Below are positions 63,301 through 64,000 of a stretch of 64,000 nt of DNA, one piece after another (position 1 is the stretch's first letter; each line of letters begins with the position of its first letter). The position numbers and the translations under genes were made by a program. Source of the DNA: Camelus dromedarius (taxonomy: Eukaryota); the NCBI RefSeq assembly GCF_036321535.1, contig NC_087436.1:106704001-106768000 (forward strand). Direction: 5' to 3'. The notes beneath the pieces were generated by a model that was not told the DNA's origin, searched no databases, and saw only the letters and a program-made list of their open reading frames with translations.

Positions 63301-64000
63301 ATCTACATGTTGGGGGCTTGTTAGGAGTCAGCATTTTTCACTTCTTTCTGATCTCAAATGAATATAGAGTCTTACCACTTGGAAATCTGTCAAATCAGGG
63401 CACCGGTATTCTATCACAGTAGAAATTTGCCAGATAATCTCACTGTTTGAATTTAAATTTGGACTTTGTTACAATTACATAATTTCAGACTCTTTAATGT
63501 CCGTATATTTGAAAAACGGGATCACAGAAACATGCCATTTGAAAGCCCCAGCAATTTGAATAGTCTGACGTCATTGTCTTCAAAAGACATTGAAGTTCAG
63601 GGTTCTTTCCCAACTATTGTGCCACTAGACTGGTGCCATTTGCTCTCTTCCACGTTGCCTTACTAGGTTCAAATGTTTGTTGTATTGAAACATTATTCAA
63701 GGAAAACTCTATCTTTCTAGAAATAATCTGAGAATAAACAACTTTTGAAAAACATGCCCAGAAGCACAAAACAAAGGGAAGACCCCCAGTTTTGGAAACC
63801 ACACACTACATGACACCACCTTGATGCCATATAGACATTAGGGGTCAGAGAAGCAGCTCTACCCCAGGTTCTGCTAAATGGCTCGCTTGGATATATTTTC
63901 CCTTCCCCAGTTTTTTGCTAGCAATAAGTAAAGACTTAAGGTTTTCTGTTCACTCAATGAACAAATAATTAACAGTTCACTTTCATAATTAAAAAGCTTT

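Noticed and set aside
1..64000. ORF-track ORFs as protein-coding genes
   Set aside because: All are 60-145 aa, many overlap repeats or microsatellites or begin at non-ATG codons, and none resembles a protein I know except the CR1 ORF2 remnant
1..64000. CRISPR array, operon, rRNA/tRNA or other prokaryote-type system
   Set aside because: The sequence is mammalian repeat-rich DNA; no regularly spaced repeat-spacer array or structured RNA gene was seen

Overview
Non-coding mammalian genomic DNA, intronic or intergenic. It is most likely camelid: the young L1 3' ends are cetartiodactyl-type, and I saw no Alu, B1, CHR, Bov-A/BovB or PRE1 SINEs. Roughly half of the window is interspersed repeat: old L1M elements, four 5'-truncated lineage-specific L1 3' ends, L2, MIR, CR1/L3, MaLR/ERVL/ERV1 LTRs, MER5A and MER82, plus many microsatellites. 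I cannot support any protein-coding gene, RNA gene or prokaryote-type system, and the ORF track looks like chance ORFs apart from a CR1 ORF2 remnant. The best leads are: (1) a ~73-bp locally templated insertion captured in a (TA)n tract next to a fold-back palindrome; (2) repeat-free candidate enhancers with SOX/OCT and homeodomain motifs; (3) an unusually intact CR1/L3 ORF2 C-terminus; (4) a probable L1-insertion-associated deletion; and (5) two candidate minus-strand exons, consistent with the + strand bias of L1/LTR elements. All repeat family names are from recalled consensus sequences, not a search, and their boundaries are approximate.
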